Shown here piece after piece: positions 1-12,221 of a stretch of 64,000 bases of DNA. The DNA is from Guillardia theta CCMP2712. Lineage: Eukaryota; Protista; Cryptophyta. Below the pieces are notes generated by a model that made no database searches, had not been told where the DNA came from, and was given only the letters and a program-made list of their open reading frames with translations. The stretch lies in NCBI RefSeq assembly GCF_000315625.1, contig NW_005434661.1, forward strand, positions 422,878 through 486,877, written 5' to 3'. Within the stretch, counting starts at the first letter, position 1; each line of letters begins with the position of its first letter. The translations under genes were made by a program, and so were the position numbers.

Positions 1-2483
1 AATGTCTGCGAGTGAGAGATTGTCAGGTTGTCACAAGACTTGCAGAAAGCCCAAGAGACGTCAGAACTTCTTAAGAAACAAGTTGTTTGTTGTTGCATGT
101 CGTCTGTTTTCTGTTGTTTCTTGTTTTGCTGTTTTTTTACATTGCCTTTGTTGTTCGCTTGTTGTCTGTTGTTTGATGCTGCTGTTGCTGTCATCTGCAT
201 GATTGATGGTCGATTGATCTTAAACTTGAAACTATGGGATGGGAAGAGATTACGAGGATGTGATGATTATCGTTCCTTTGATGTCCATGAAGGCAATTTT
301 CAAATGCTGCTGAACAAGGATTATCCAACCTTGAATGAGAGTTTCTGCAGGTTGCAGAGCTGCATGTGATGCTTGAGAAAGCGACATCACAAGTCTGTGT
401 CCTCCTCCTCATCTTGCTCCTCCTCGTTCTCTCTCCCCATTCTTCTCATCCTTTGCTCTTCTTTCTCAACCTCTTTCATCGTATCACCTGAGTTTAGCTT
501 TGTGCGCAGGCGGGCAAATCCAAGTCCGAGGTAACCAAGCTTGAAGGAGAGCTTTCAGCGTGTAAATCAGAAAAGGAAGTTTTGAGTGGCAAAGTATCAA
601 TTCATCTCGCAACCATAATCCTCTTTTCTTTTTTTCTCCTCGCTCTGCTCTCGAAACTCCTCTCCTCTGATCTCCTTTTTCCTCCTCTCTCGAGCAACAT
701 TTTGAGGAGTTGTCATGATGATTCTCTCTGTGTGAATGTTTTCATGTCATAGGTAGATGCTCTTTCCAAGGAGGTGGAGCAGTGGAGAGACAAGATGCTG
801 AATGAAACCTCCAAGAGGAAGACAGCTGAGGCAGAGCTGGGGGAGCTGAAGAAGAGGATGGCAGACTTGAGAGAGGAGAAGGAGAGGGAGGAGAGGCAGG
901 GAAGTGACATGAAACTTAGACTGGATGAGGGCGAGATGAAGGTTGTTGATCAGCACCTGATGTTCTCTCATTCATGTCCTTCCAGGTGAAAGACTTGCAA
1001 GCGAAGATCCACGAGCTCACGGTGAAAAGTGTATCGTCTGTTCGAAGTGGGGGTTGATTGCGATGCTATGATGATCAAATCAATGAGAAGGAGGACAAGA
1101 AAGGGAGCGCGGTGATTTTGTTGTTGATCTTGTTCGAGCAGAAGGAAGTTGAAAACAAGGATGTCAAACTCAAAGAAAGCGAGTCAACGATAAGCGGGTT
1201 ACAATTCTCAAATTCTCAGGTATTCCACCCTCCTCTCCTCTCCTCTCCTGCACATTTCCTCTTCGATCTTCTTGTCCTTACCTCCCTCTTCTCACTTCAA
1301 CCCTCAGATGGAATCAAAGATTGCGCACATGCAGGAGCAAATGGAGTTCTGGGATGAAGAGGTTTTCACCTCCTCCTTCCCTCACCTCCCCTTCTGCCCC
1401 CCCCCCTTCCTTCCTCTCTGCCTCCCCTTCTCCCACTTTCTCCTCACTCTTTCGAAGTCCAGCAAGATGAAAGAACGACTTCAAGCCTCCTCTGTTCGCA
1501 TCGACGAGCAGGAGAAGGAGCTTCGCAGGTCAGCTGCGGCTTTTTGCTGCTGCCGATGAGGGAGACGCAGGCTGAGGAAACAAGCCACCGATCTTGACGG
1601 GGCCAACGAGCAGGCGAACGCTGCGAGGATGGAGATCGAGGTGAAGGGCGGGGGAGAGGATCAGAGGGGAGGATGATAGTCTGCTGGAAGAGCCTACAGA
1701 GAAATCACTTGCTGCAACTGGAGGAGATGAAGAAGTCAAAGGACAAGCTGCAGAAGGTGTTTCTTCCTCCTCGACCCTGCCAGCGTTGACGGCAAGGCAG
1801 GAGCTGGACATGACGGATAGGGCGAGGGAGCGAACAGCGCAGGAGCTGGAGGCATCCAAGAAGAGAGTGGAGGTAGCAAGAGCGGAAGCATGCATCCTCT
1901 CAGCCCCGATGATTCGCCGCAGGAGGCCGAAGAAACCATCCGGTCATTGCAGGCTGGACAGTCAGGAATCGAAGAGATGCAGGCGCAGGTGTGTCGAGGT
2001 GTGATGTTGCGGCTGTCGGGTGACTTGCGTTGAAGATCAACAAGCTCAAGGACACGGTGGAGAAGAAAGAGGCGAACATCGCGAGAAGCGACAAGATCAT
2101 TCAGAAGCTCATGTCGGAACTGGAGGAGCTAAAGGGCAAGAGTTGAGAGTACAAGGGAACAAGGAGAGGTGCTGAGAGGAGAAGGGAGCGTGGACCCGCG
2201 TCTCACGTGTACATGGCGGGAAGGCTGTTGGTAGACGTCTCCCCCGTCAACGTGTACAGCTCATCGAGCATCGTCCAAGTCCCGCCCTCGAAGAAAGTAC
2301 ACATAAGCTCCTCCCACACCTTCACTCGCTCCACCGATCGGTAACTGCGACCTCTGCGTTCAGTACTGCTCAAACATGCGAGGCAAGACGAGGCAGGTGA
2401 GGCAGGGGAAGGTCAACCACCTTGATCCAGGTCCAAGATCTCGTGCCATGTCAACGCCTTGTTCAAGCTCGATGTACATCTGA
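1..2483 (+). CDS. Multi-exon coiled-coil protein (5'-partial, 3' end approximate)
   Basis: Series of E/K/R/L heptad-rich exons (e.g. EQWRDKMLNETSKRKTAEAELGELKKRMADLREEKEREER, ELDMTDRARERTAQELEASKKRVE) separated by short GT-AG introns. Confidence 0.6.
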
Positions 2484-3225
2484 AGAGCATTGCCTCCGTC
2501 GGATGGGCAATGAATCTGTGAAAGTCGTCATCGTCAACATGGTTGTCGTAACACCCACCAACACCACCACCACCACCACCACCACCAACAGTATGATGCT
2601 GTTCCGTTCCTCTCCTCCATCTCCTCCCTCCCCTCCCTCCCCTCCCTCCCCTCCCTCCCTCCCCTCCGCTGTCTTCATTACCGACAAGAGCTTCACTCCA
2701 GCTTTCCGCAGTCCTCTCTCAACCTCCGGCCAGACACCTGAGAACATTTGAGCGATGATGGAGTCGAACGAATGGCACCGACACACAAGCAGCAGATCCC
2801 ATTCTCATCATCGTTATCACTATCGCAACAAAATCTCCTCATCATGGCAATCAAGCAAGAAAGTTTATCGTCTCGGTCATCGGCCATCACTATCGCCACG
2901 ACTCGTCACCTTTGTGATGCCTCTTGTAGAGCTCCAGCTTGTCTTTCTTCACATTCGTTCGAAACATCAACCTGGTCTCAACTTTCAGAGCCTGACATGT
3001 AGAAAATGATATCAGCACCGCTGCTTCTTTTTTCTGCTCATCATCCTGCACGACATGTCACCCATCTCTAAAAACCTTGGCAGGTGAGTTCACCTGTGAT
3101 ACGAATGGACCAGCAACCCTCCACAAACAGCTCCGAGCAGCGTGTAGAATGCCGTCCTCATCTAAGGATCCCAAGATCAAATCTGAGGATATCGACGCTT
3201 TTGTCGAACTCCCTTGCAACGCCTT

Positions 3226-3308
3226 CCTCCTCCTCCTCCTCCTCCTCCTCCTCCTCCTCCTCCTCCTCCTCCTCCTCCTCCTCCTCCTCCTCCTCCTCCT
3301 CCTCCTCC
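3226..3308. repeat. (CCT)n microsatellite
   Basis: Perfect CCT run seen directly. Confidence 0.95.
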
Positions 3309-3578
3309 CTTACCCCCCCCCTCCTCCTCCTTGCCTCCTCTCGTTCTCTCCTCCTCGTCCCTGGCGCCCTGGCAATGCATGCTCGACTTCAGATTCTTCC
3401 CCTTTCTTTTTTTTTGTTTTTCTTTCTTTTTTGGATTTTTTATTTTCCCACCCCTCGAGCAATTCTCCATTTGCAGTACTAAATATGACCCCCCTACCCC
3501 ACAAGTAAAAATGGCACCACCTCTACCCCATTTTTTCCCACCCAACACCCCGTCCACCTCCACCTTCCTAAAGGCATC

Positions 3579-4685
3579 ATGGCGATCAGCGCCAGGGATG
3601 CGAGACTGGCCATGGCCTGCGGGCTGCACGGGCGGCTGGGAGAGGAGAGCTGCATCCAGCTCCTCGGATGCGGCGACATCCTCGTGGAGATCCTGCGCTT
3701 CGTCCCCATCATCGTCCCTGACCATGTGGAAACCCTGAAAGAAGCAGTGGAAGTAGCGCTCCCGAACCAGGTGATAGTGCTGCGGAGAGGAGAGTATATT
3801 GTCGGCTCGAATCCTGGGCAGTACGTCATTGCTGGCAAGCAGGAGAGTGGGAACACTATCCTCCAGCTCATGCGCGATGTCTCACTCTGTGGTGAATCTG
3901 GAACCGTCTTGAAAGGGATGCTGGTGATTCCGAAACAAGTGAGTTGCTCTATGAGCAACATCACCATCACCGATGCCGGACAAAGCTGTGTGAGAGTGGA
4001 TTCAGGCAAGCTGGTAACGTGCTCTCTTCTTTCCGTGAGATGTCTTGCATTGATGCCCGTGAAACAACAGTATCTGGATAACTGCTCGTTGATATGTGGG
4101 CATGCAAGCGCTGTGAGGGTTGAAGGGGATGGTGAGGTGAGCAAGCTATGGCAGTGCATGCTCGTTCTTAGAAGCTCACGCCATGCCCGCTAGGTAGCAG
4201 CTAAGAGATGCCGATTGGGCGGTGAAGGAGAGATTGGGAAAGCCGTTCCTGAGTTCTATGAACTCCCGAGGACCTGGATCGATACGGCAGGGTCGGTGCA
4301 GGAGTACGGGCTTAGAAAGAACTCATGTGAGACGATCGGTCAGCTGGACCCTTGCTGAAGAGAGTTTGTTTGAGCGCAGGCTATGGCGTCTTCCTCCGAG
4401 ACAGAGGGAGTGCGGAGCTGTGGGGGTGTGAAGTCTCCTACTGCTCTGAATCTGGCATCTTCCTTCGTGATGAGGGGCGGGTCTCGATCTATGGGTAAGT
4501 AACGACTAGAGCTGCTCCTCTTACGCTCATGCTGCGATGATAGGGGCAAGATCCGCTGCTGCAGGTACGTCTTCACCTCCGGCGATGGGCTGGGCAAGGA
4601 GCTGCGATGCGAGTCATGCTTGTTCGACGGCAACAGCCACTGCTGGTATGACGAGGACAGGCCGTCGCAAGTTCACCTGCTCTAA
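3579..4685 (+). CDS. Right-handed beta-helix (pectin-lyase-fold/CASH-like) protein with N-terminal F-box-like motif, spliced
   Basis: LAMACGLHGRLGEES..DILVEIL, then IVPDHVETLKEAVEVA..IVLRRGEY and DVSLCGESG (typical beta-helix N-cap); last exon ...CLFDGNSHCWYDEDRPSQVHLL*. Confidence 0.65.
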
Positions 4686-4726
4686 GCTAATCTCTTAGTA
4701 AAGTGCGCGTGCGATATTTGAAGCGA

Positions 4727-4800
4727 CTCCTCCTCCTCCTCCTCCTCCTCCTCCTCCTCCTCCTCCTCCTCCTCCTCCTCCTCCTCCTCCTCCTCCTCCC
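4727..4800. repeat. (CCT)n microsatellite
   Basis: Perfect CCT run seen directly. Confidence 0.95.
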
Positions 4801-4905
4801 CAACCTCAAGCTCAAGTACGTTCCAGCATGCAGCGCCTTAATCGTGAATCAAGGCGCACTATTTTTTTACAACTGCTACTACTACCAGGAAAAAAAAGAA
4901 TGTCA

Positions 4906-5896
4906 ATGAGCGGTCAAATGGCGGCGAGCTCGAGGGCGGCCGAGCTTGATGCGGCGGCGTCGAGACTTCGTGGGCGAGCAGAGGAGCTGGCGAGACACTA
5001 CGAGGAGCAGGGAGGAGCGAGGAAGAGCTCATGGCAGACAGCCTTGCGCTTTCTGCATAAGGAGCTCCTGTCGCCTTCTGTTTCACAAGATCAAAGGTGA
5101 GGTGTCCTGCCAGGCAGAAGGAGGTTCTGACATGCGAGCCAGCGCTATGCGGCATTCGTCGTCGTCAGATGCTAGCTTGATCGAGTAAGCCTTGTTGACG
5201 GTGTGATGCCTTCCAACCCCCGCCCCTCACTCCCACAAGTTTGATAGGGCGATCGCTAGAGGAACAGCAACGGATGGCAGAGTGGAGCAAAAGACAAGAG
5301 AGGGCATTGGCAATGTCCAAGATTGTGGAAAGAAAGAGAGTCAAGGAGAACGACAGGCAGCTGAAGGACATCGAGAAGAAGGCATTCCAGCCGCATGCTC
5401 GACAAGGACACGACTGACTAGCTTTTGCAGTTGAAGCTCAAGGTTGTGAAGCAGTCGTCAATCCACGATCAAATCCTCGACACGATGGCGGCGACGATGG
5501 AGATGCATGTTGAGCATGCGCACGAGTCCTTCCGAAGAAGAAGCCTGCTCTTCTGCGAGACTCGTTTCAAAGAGCAAGACGCGACCATGCAGCCTGTCCA
5601 CGACTACTTGCGAGACAGCCTGCAACATCGCTCATTCAACACTGGGAGCTGGAAGCGACTTGACAGGAAGCTCTCGTTACCGGAGATGCACATGAAGTCG
5701 TAAGTCAGCTCTCTTCTTCTTCCTCCCATCTCGCTGCTCGTGCGTGACTCGAACCATCAGGCCGTTCGCACCTCGGATGAGGTCGGAGTCGACACTCCTC
5801 AACGATAGGAGCTCGTACACCTCTATCGTCAGACGCAACAGCTCAATCTTCACAACTTCCCAGATCAACGGGGACAAGCTGCTGCAAACGATTTGA
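4906..5896 (+). CDS. Hypothetical protein, spliced, partly coiled-coil
   Basis: ATG 4906 (MSGQMAASSRAAELDAAASRLRG..); exons joined by GT-AG introns; last exon ..INGDKLLQTI*. Confidence 0.5.
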
Positions 5897-5975
5897 GCTA
5901 AACGTCTCACGAGGAGCAGTGAGTTGTAACATATGTAGATTTGTGTAGAATCAATTGTTTTATGCAAAGTGAAAG

Positions 5976-8506
5976 TCATCTTTTTGTACAATCATATATG
6001 TCTAAAGTAAGTTGATCTTGTAAGGATTTTGATGCTCCCATCGATGGCGCATCTTCTGTGGACAAATGCGGAAAGATCGATTTATACAAGATACATTTTG
6101 AACCTGCCACGAAGAATCAGATGATTGCGATCTCAACGATATTCTATGTATCAATCCAATGGTCAATATTCCCATTACCATTCACTAGATCGTTGTTATG
6201 GTCTATACTCCCTGGAAGAATCACAAAGACTTCTCCCTGCTGTCCATCAGAAAGTCAGAAGCTCGACTCCTGAGACACCTCGACTCCTGTCAATTCTAAC
6301 CTTGATGGTGTTCACCGCATGCTGAATACGCTTCAAATCCCCCCTGCAAGATCGAGCGAGCTCCACTTCACATCAAGAACTCCTGCAAAGCTCAAGATGA
6401 CTCCTCCTCACACTCCTCTCGAATCATCATGCATACCTAACGCAGAAGGCATGGAGAGCAATGAGCTCACCGGAGGCATGTACGTGTGCGACCAAATCAC
6501 GTGTCTCGTTATCATGCTCCTCCTGCCCTCACGCTTCGCGCAAATGGCGCTAGTATCCTCCTCCAACCATGACAGTACCTGTCGCCATGCGTCACTCAAT
6601 CTATCGGCTGAATCCTGAGCCATACCTTAGTGATGCCAGCCTGGTGCAGAAACCCAAAGAAAACAATCAAAAGTGCATTGAAAATCATCCACATGATAAT
6701 TCTGTGACTCCTCATCCCTTCAGCTCCGAAGATTTTATTCCCACACAGGACACACAATGGTACTATCATTGGTAACAGGAATCTCGGCTCCTGGTTCAAA
6801 TCAGCTATCGAAGCAATAATCTTCATTTGACCTGATGCGGAGCGAGGGACAGGAGGCAAATTCCAGAACTTGCCATGGCAGTCAAACAAATTCGAATCTT
6901 CAGATCGCAAGTCATTCGGAAAAATAGCAAGTCTTGCTCTAAACTAACCTTGTAGTGAATTTCTAACTTGTAAGAAGTGCGATGAAATTGTTGAAACTTG
7001 AAAAAATGGTACACTGACTTTAGAAGAGTTGTGGCAGAAAGAATGTACAGCGGCCCGAACATCTGGTTGATAAAGTCAGTTGAAATGAATGTCAAGCGTT
7101 GGAATGTCATGAGGATGGAGTCAATACCAGCACTGCGTTGACGACAATGTGTGTAATTCGTGGGTGGAGACCATGAGTTTCCAGATTCTTTGAGTTTAGA
7201 TTGTATCTATGAAAGGTTTCAGATTTTCAATGAGAGAGTCAAATCAATTGAAGTACAGAAAAGAATTGATTGGGCTTATGACAAGATGTTTTGATGCCAG
7301 AGAAGGGATATCAGAAATGTGGCCAGAGATGAAGAACTGCTGCATTTGATCCCAGTGCAGGGTAATCTTTCCAAAATACAGAGAATCCAGGAAGATCAAT
7401 GTGATCGAAGAGAACAAGAAACCCAGTATCTGCATTGAACTTTGAGACTACAAGTTCAGCAAGACTTTCTGATGACCAGGCTGGCAATGTGGGCTCTTTT
7501 CCTGTCACTATTTTGAAAAGAATGATGAGTCACGTAAAGGAATATTTCGACAGCTTACTGTTGGTCAAGAAAGATGTATAGAAATAGCGGCCAGGCGTAA
7601 AGAATGAAAGTAAATCTGATAAATACACCTGAAAGAAGATGTTGAAAATCCAACACAAAAGACAAGGACCAAATTTGAAATACCTACAGCTGTTAGACCT
7701 CCAGTAAACATCGCTGTGATCCTGTGGGTTTGCTGGATCATGTCTTGTATTTGCATCGTAGTCAAACAACCTGTTCCTACTCGACGATGTGATGAGAAGG
7801 GTAACTAGCCAGAGAATCTCTGTTTCGTAACTGGAACGAATCATGAAGAACGAACTTGAACCGAAAAAAATCTCACGTGTTTGAAAAAGGTCGTGTGCAT
7901 AGAAACAAAACCGGCCAGGAAGTGGCAAGACAGAGCAAGACAGCTTGCCAGTGCTCTCCGCATCTTTCAGACAGATGATCTGTAAAACACATTACTCTTG
8001 ATACAAGCAAAAAGTTAGCGCACAAGCGGCATAGTCCAACAGAAAAGAATTAGCAAACGCCAAGTATCTCGGTGCATGCTAAAACAAATGCAAGCAATCT
8101 CAGCAAAAGGTGTTCACGATTTGCAATAAGACCAGAATTGTCTCTGCGCTAATTCGGAATCCCAGCATAGTTTGAAATGCTGCGGCAAGCCGTATGGGCA
8201 GGCCTGAGAGATACAGTCAACAATGAAATGTTTCCTTGCCGAAACAACCCGCTGCCACTTCGGGCATGAAGAAAGAGCGACAAGGGCGGTCATTCTTGAA
8301 CTCCCATGGTAGTTGTACATCTGCAAGGTCTGGGTGAGAATGAGCAGCATGTCTGCCAAGGCATTACCGAGGGTTCGGTCACGTACTGCAAATACTTCTT
8401 GGGCTTGAAAGAATTCGTCCGGGTGTAGGTAACCATGGGTGTAGATCATAGCGAACCGCACAGTGATGACAACACCGTAGATGACCAGGAACTTATGGAG
8501 TCGCAT
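5976..8506 (-). CDS. PIGZ: GPI mannosyltransferase 4 (PIG-Z/SMP3, glycosyltransferase family 22), multi-exon
   Basis: GT22/PIG-Z motifs in correct order: GYLHPDEFFQAQEV, QEPRFLLPMIVPL, FNALLIVFFGFLHQAG, SHTYMPP, C-terminal FPHLSTEDAP. Confidence 0.88.
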
Positions 8507-9195
8507 GCTTGTCTATGACACAGCGAGCGGCACTTCGGGATTTAAGATAACAAAGTGCAACAAAGTGGCGACGTGTCGGAGAATCGGAATTGGAATTCGT
8601 TTTCTACCATGCAGAGAGAAAGAGAGACAGACAGACAGACAGATAAATCAATCACAGAGAGGATCTTTTTTGAGAAACGGAGAGTTCGCGTCGTCGTTGT
8701 CATACTTTCTGTCCTTCTCATCCTCCTCTCTGCCATGCCACTCCCTGTACTTGTGCCGCCATTGGCAACTGCATTGGCAAGGTTTGTGGCCGGTATGAGC
8801 CCCAGCGTGTCGAGGGGTCCCAAACCCCTGAAACAAAGGGGTGGAAGCGATTCAGGAGAAATTGTCTGGGTACTCTGCCTAGGATCAAGGGGTAGGGGTA
8901 CTGGATCACCCCACCAGTAGAATTCTTGTTAGCAAATAGAGGGGTAGTCATTCAATATTTTGGACAGGGGGTGGTCTCAACATATTTTCGAGGGTAGGGG
9001 TATATCGTCGCAGTGTTTGGACGGGTAGTGATAAACAGGGGTAGGGGTAATAAAATAAGGGGGTAGTTTGTCTAGCTCAGGACAGGTATGACAAGGGTGG
9101 GGGGTACTAAAACAATGATTAGGTGGTAGGGTACAGACACCTTGCGGTGGGGTGGTTAAAAAAAACTCCTCGTGCGCGTGAGACAGACAAGCGCC

Positions 9196-10503
9196 ATGGG
9201 CAGAAGTAAGAAGATGCAGAGGCGGAGGTGCAGGATGCGAAGGAATATCATGACAATGCTGTTGATGCCTGTCTTGGGGATGATACAAAATCTCATTCTT
9301 ACCGATGCCTGCATGTCCATCATTCCTGTTTCCTTGTGTAATGGTGTGCATGTCTCTTTGTTCGTGCTCGCTCAACTCTTACTGTCGACGGCGGCAACAT
9401 ACGTCCCTTGTTCTTGTAAAGCGTGCAATTGCGCATCTTGCCCTATGCGTCTTCACTTTGCTTAGATGCCGTTGTGGTGCCTGGGCTTTCTCAGGACGCT
9501 ACATGAAAGACTGCCCCCTGTCACTTGGGCGTCCTCATGTCGGCCGTCCTCCAGACCATGTGGTTGAGGGTTGGATGTGGGACTACATGTTTCGTTCGCT
9601 GTCATGATGATTCTGATGTGGAGATCTCTCTTGTGATGAGTGCTCATCTACATTCCAGGACCCTGGAAGTGTTCTCGTTACATCAAGAACAAGCCCTACA
9701 TCAAGTCACGCTACTGCCGTGGTGTGCCAGGTTGGCCTCTCGCTTGATTGCTCTCAACCCTTCTGATGATGCATAACAGAGGCTAAGATCAAGATTTTTG
9801 ATGTCGGCAAAAAGAGAGTTGGTGTTCACCAGTTCCCTGCCTGTGTGCACTTGCTCTCCCTTGAGAAGGAGCAGATCTCTTCCGAGTCCCTCGAGGCAGC
9901 TCGTGTCAGTGCCAACAAGCACATGATCAACTCCGTCGGAAAGGATAACTTCCACATCCGCATCCGTCTTCATCCCTACAACATCATCCGTATCAACAAG
10001 ATGCTTACCTGTGCAGGAGCAGATCGTCTGCAGACTGGTATGCGTGGTGCTTACGGAAAGCCCTCGGGCCTTTGCGCTCGTGTCAAGATCAACCAGATCA
10101 TGATCTCCATCCGTACCCATCTCAAGGGAGAGGACGCCGCTGTTGAGGCTCTCCGCAAGGCCAAGTTCAAGTTCCCTGGTCGTCAGCTCGTGTACGTTTC
10201 TCGCAACTGGGGCTTCACCAAGTTCCCCAAGGATGTCTACATGCAGGGAAGTACTGGAGGCTTCGATGAGGAGGGCAACCCCACTCCTCCTAGGGTGAGT
10301 ATCTCATTGTGTCTTGTCTCGTTTGTCTAACTTGCTCGCAGATTGAGTGGAGAGGTGCCGTCGGAAAGATTCAGCCTGACGGTGTTGGCTGCAAGTTGAT
10401 TACCAAGAAGAGCGTTCGTCTTTCAAAGCTGGGAATTTGGCACAAGTCCTCGGGTGACAACAAGGAGAAGCCCAACGATGCTATGCGCCTCAACTGGACC
10501 TAA
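9196..10503 (+). CDS. RPL10: 60S ribosomal protein L10 (uL16); exons 9196-9205, 9659-9730, 9780-10294, 10342-10503
   Basis: [83 protein letters not shown]; GT-AG introns keep frame. Confidence 0.97.
9447..9590 (+). ncRNA. Candidate intronic box H/ACA snoRNA
   Basis: Hairpin 1 (GCGUCUU/AGGACGC lower stem, internal loop, GCUUAGAUGCC/GGUGCCUGGGC upper stem) + H box ACAUGA (9501-9506); hairpin 2 (GUCC/GGAC base, CCUC/GAGG upper stem) + ACA (9585-9587) + 3 nt; 14 nt from upper stem to box in both; lies in an unusually long (453 nt) ribosomal-protein intron. Confidence 0.65.
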
Positions 10504-11623
10504 GCTGGTTGACGTTTCTACGAGTTGCTACCTTAGAGTTTTGGAATATACCTCTCAAACTGTGCTTTGTCCATCGATTGCATATTGAATAGCATGTAAT
10601 GCTGGATAGCAACCCCAGGAAGACTCTTGCAGAAGCCTTCCCGGTGTCTTCGTTCATAGATCACAGTTGCAAAAGGCACAGCAAAATTGCTGAAAACACT
10701 GAGTTAGGCGAAGGTGTAATGCAAGGAAAGCAACAACACACGATTTGGATGTGAAGGCAACCGCTACATGGCATGACTTCTTCTGTGGCAAACAGTCTTC
10801 TCCTTGCAAAGGTAGGACGGTTGTGTACATGAGAGCATTCGATGGTTTTCACCAACTACGAATCATACTGAGAGTGTGCCATACGATAATATTTGTATGC
10901 AAAATGGAAGCATACCACGAAGAGATCGTCTATTCAAACTCAAAAATACGAATGCATATACTTAGACTCAACTAAGCCCCTGCCAAATGTTATTGAGTTG
11001 AAGGAAATGACACGACTTGTTAAAAAAAACAATTTGAGCGTTGTGAGAGCATGATTCATTCATGTACGATCACAACAGAATAGCGAGGGGCTTGGGCTTG
11101 GGTTGGAATAGACGGCAAGGACGACAATGAAAACAGCAGGACGACGCTGGTCATCAAGAGGAGAGCAGAACCAGAGGATGCAGTGGTGGGAGAAAACCAG
11201 AACATCTCGGAGAGCACCACAACATTTATACATCAACTTCTGAGGGCGATGATCTTTACAATTGCCCTTACCTGGGTCCTGGAGTCCAACTCTCCTCCCC
11301 CCGAGCTGCCGTTCGACCTTTCCATCTCCCTCCACCTACCAGCACTCTGACGGTAATCCTCCTCCCCTCCCCTCCCTCCTGCCTACAAGAGCCTCGAACT
11401 GCACTCATCTGTACTGTGCTGTCCTCCCCTCCCCTCCCCTCCCCTCCCCTCCCCTCCCCTCCCGTTCTTCTGCTTCGCATCGCCCTTCCGAGGTCAGCAG
11501 CTGCTGACCTCGTCGCCGTGCTCAGGTGAACGCGATCGCTACAAGGGAGCGATGGAAGGCAAAGATGCTTGTGGGCCTCATCCCCTCGCTGACTCCCGAA
11601 ATAGAACAAAAAACCCGGTCGCC

Positions 11624-12221
11624 ATGTTCGAGCTTCTCGCCACCCAGCAGAGCCAGGTACCGCCTTGATGCGCTTGCTCGTGGGCATGAAGGGTCCGTAG
11701 AGACGATGATGACAATGATGATGATGTTTCTATCTCAACCACTCCTTGTGCTCGTTAATCTCCACGAGGACCTCCTGCACATTTTCCAGAATGAGAACCG
11801 TCGAAACAAGTTCTGACGTGCTGGTCGCGGGCTGATCGATGCCTGTGCACTTCTTGATGTTGTCGCAAACCGAAAACTAGTCTTCTATTGGCTTAAAAGA
11901 TGGTCTTGTACATGCACGCCCGTTTGGATCCTGATTGTTACATCGAATAGATGATTGTTCATTGATGCATTCATCGCATCTTGTCACTTGTTGATTCGTT
12001 GATATATCTTACTTGTTCACTTTCGATCAATCCTGACACTATTTGTTGACTGTTTCTCTCAGGTCACGCAGCAGCTTTTTGGCACTGATTTCCCTCTTGC
12101 TGACAAGATTCTCAACTCCAAGTGAGGGTGACGTACCGAATGCTACCAGTCTGACTCTGTGAACATCCACAGGTCAACCAAGGGTGGAGCAGATTTCTTC
12201 TATGTTAAGCATCAGGCCTAA
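11624..12221 (+). CDS. Small 46-aa hypothetical protein; exons 11624-11656, 12063-12121, 12173-12221
   Basis: gccATG context; CAG|gtac..ctcag| and AA|gtgag..cacag|G junctions give MFELLATQQSQVTQQLFGTDFPLADKILNSKSTKGGADFFYVKHQA*. Confidence 0.5.

Noticed and set aside
3077-3738. Poly-L/S/P/G ORFs
   Set aside because: Translations of the (CCT)n microsatellite
10600-11300. Possible gene between RPL10 and the microprotein
   Set aside because: Only short ORFs with no recognisable motifs or consistent splice chain
11705-11816. C/D snoRNA in the microprotein intron (AUGAUGA..CUGA)
   Set aside because: C boxes arise from an (ATG)n run; no terminal stem and no contiguous rRNA antisense next to the D box
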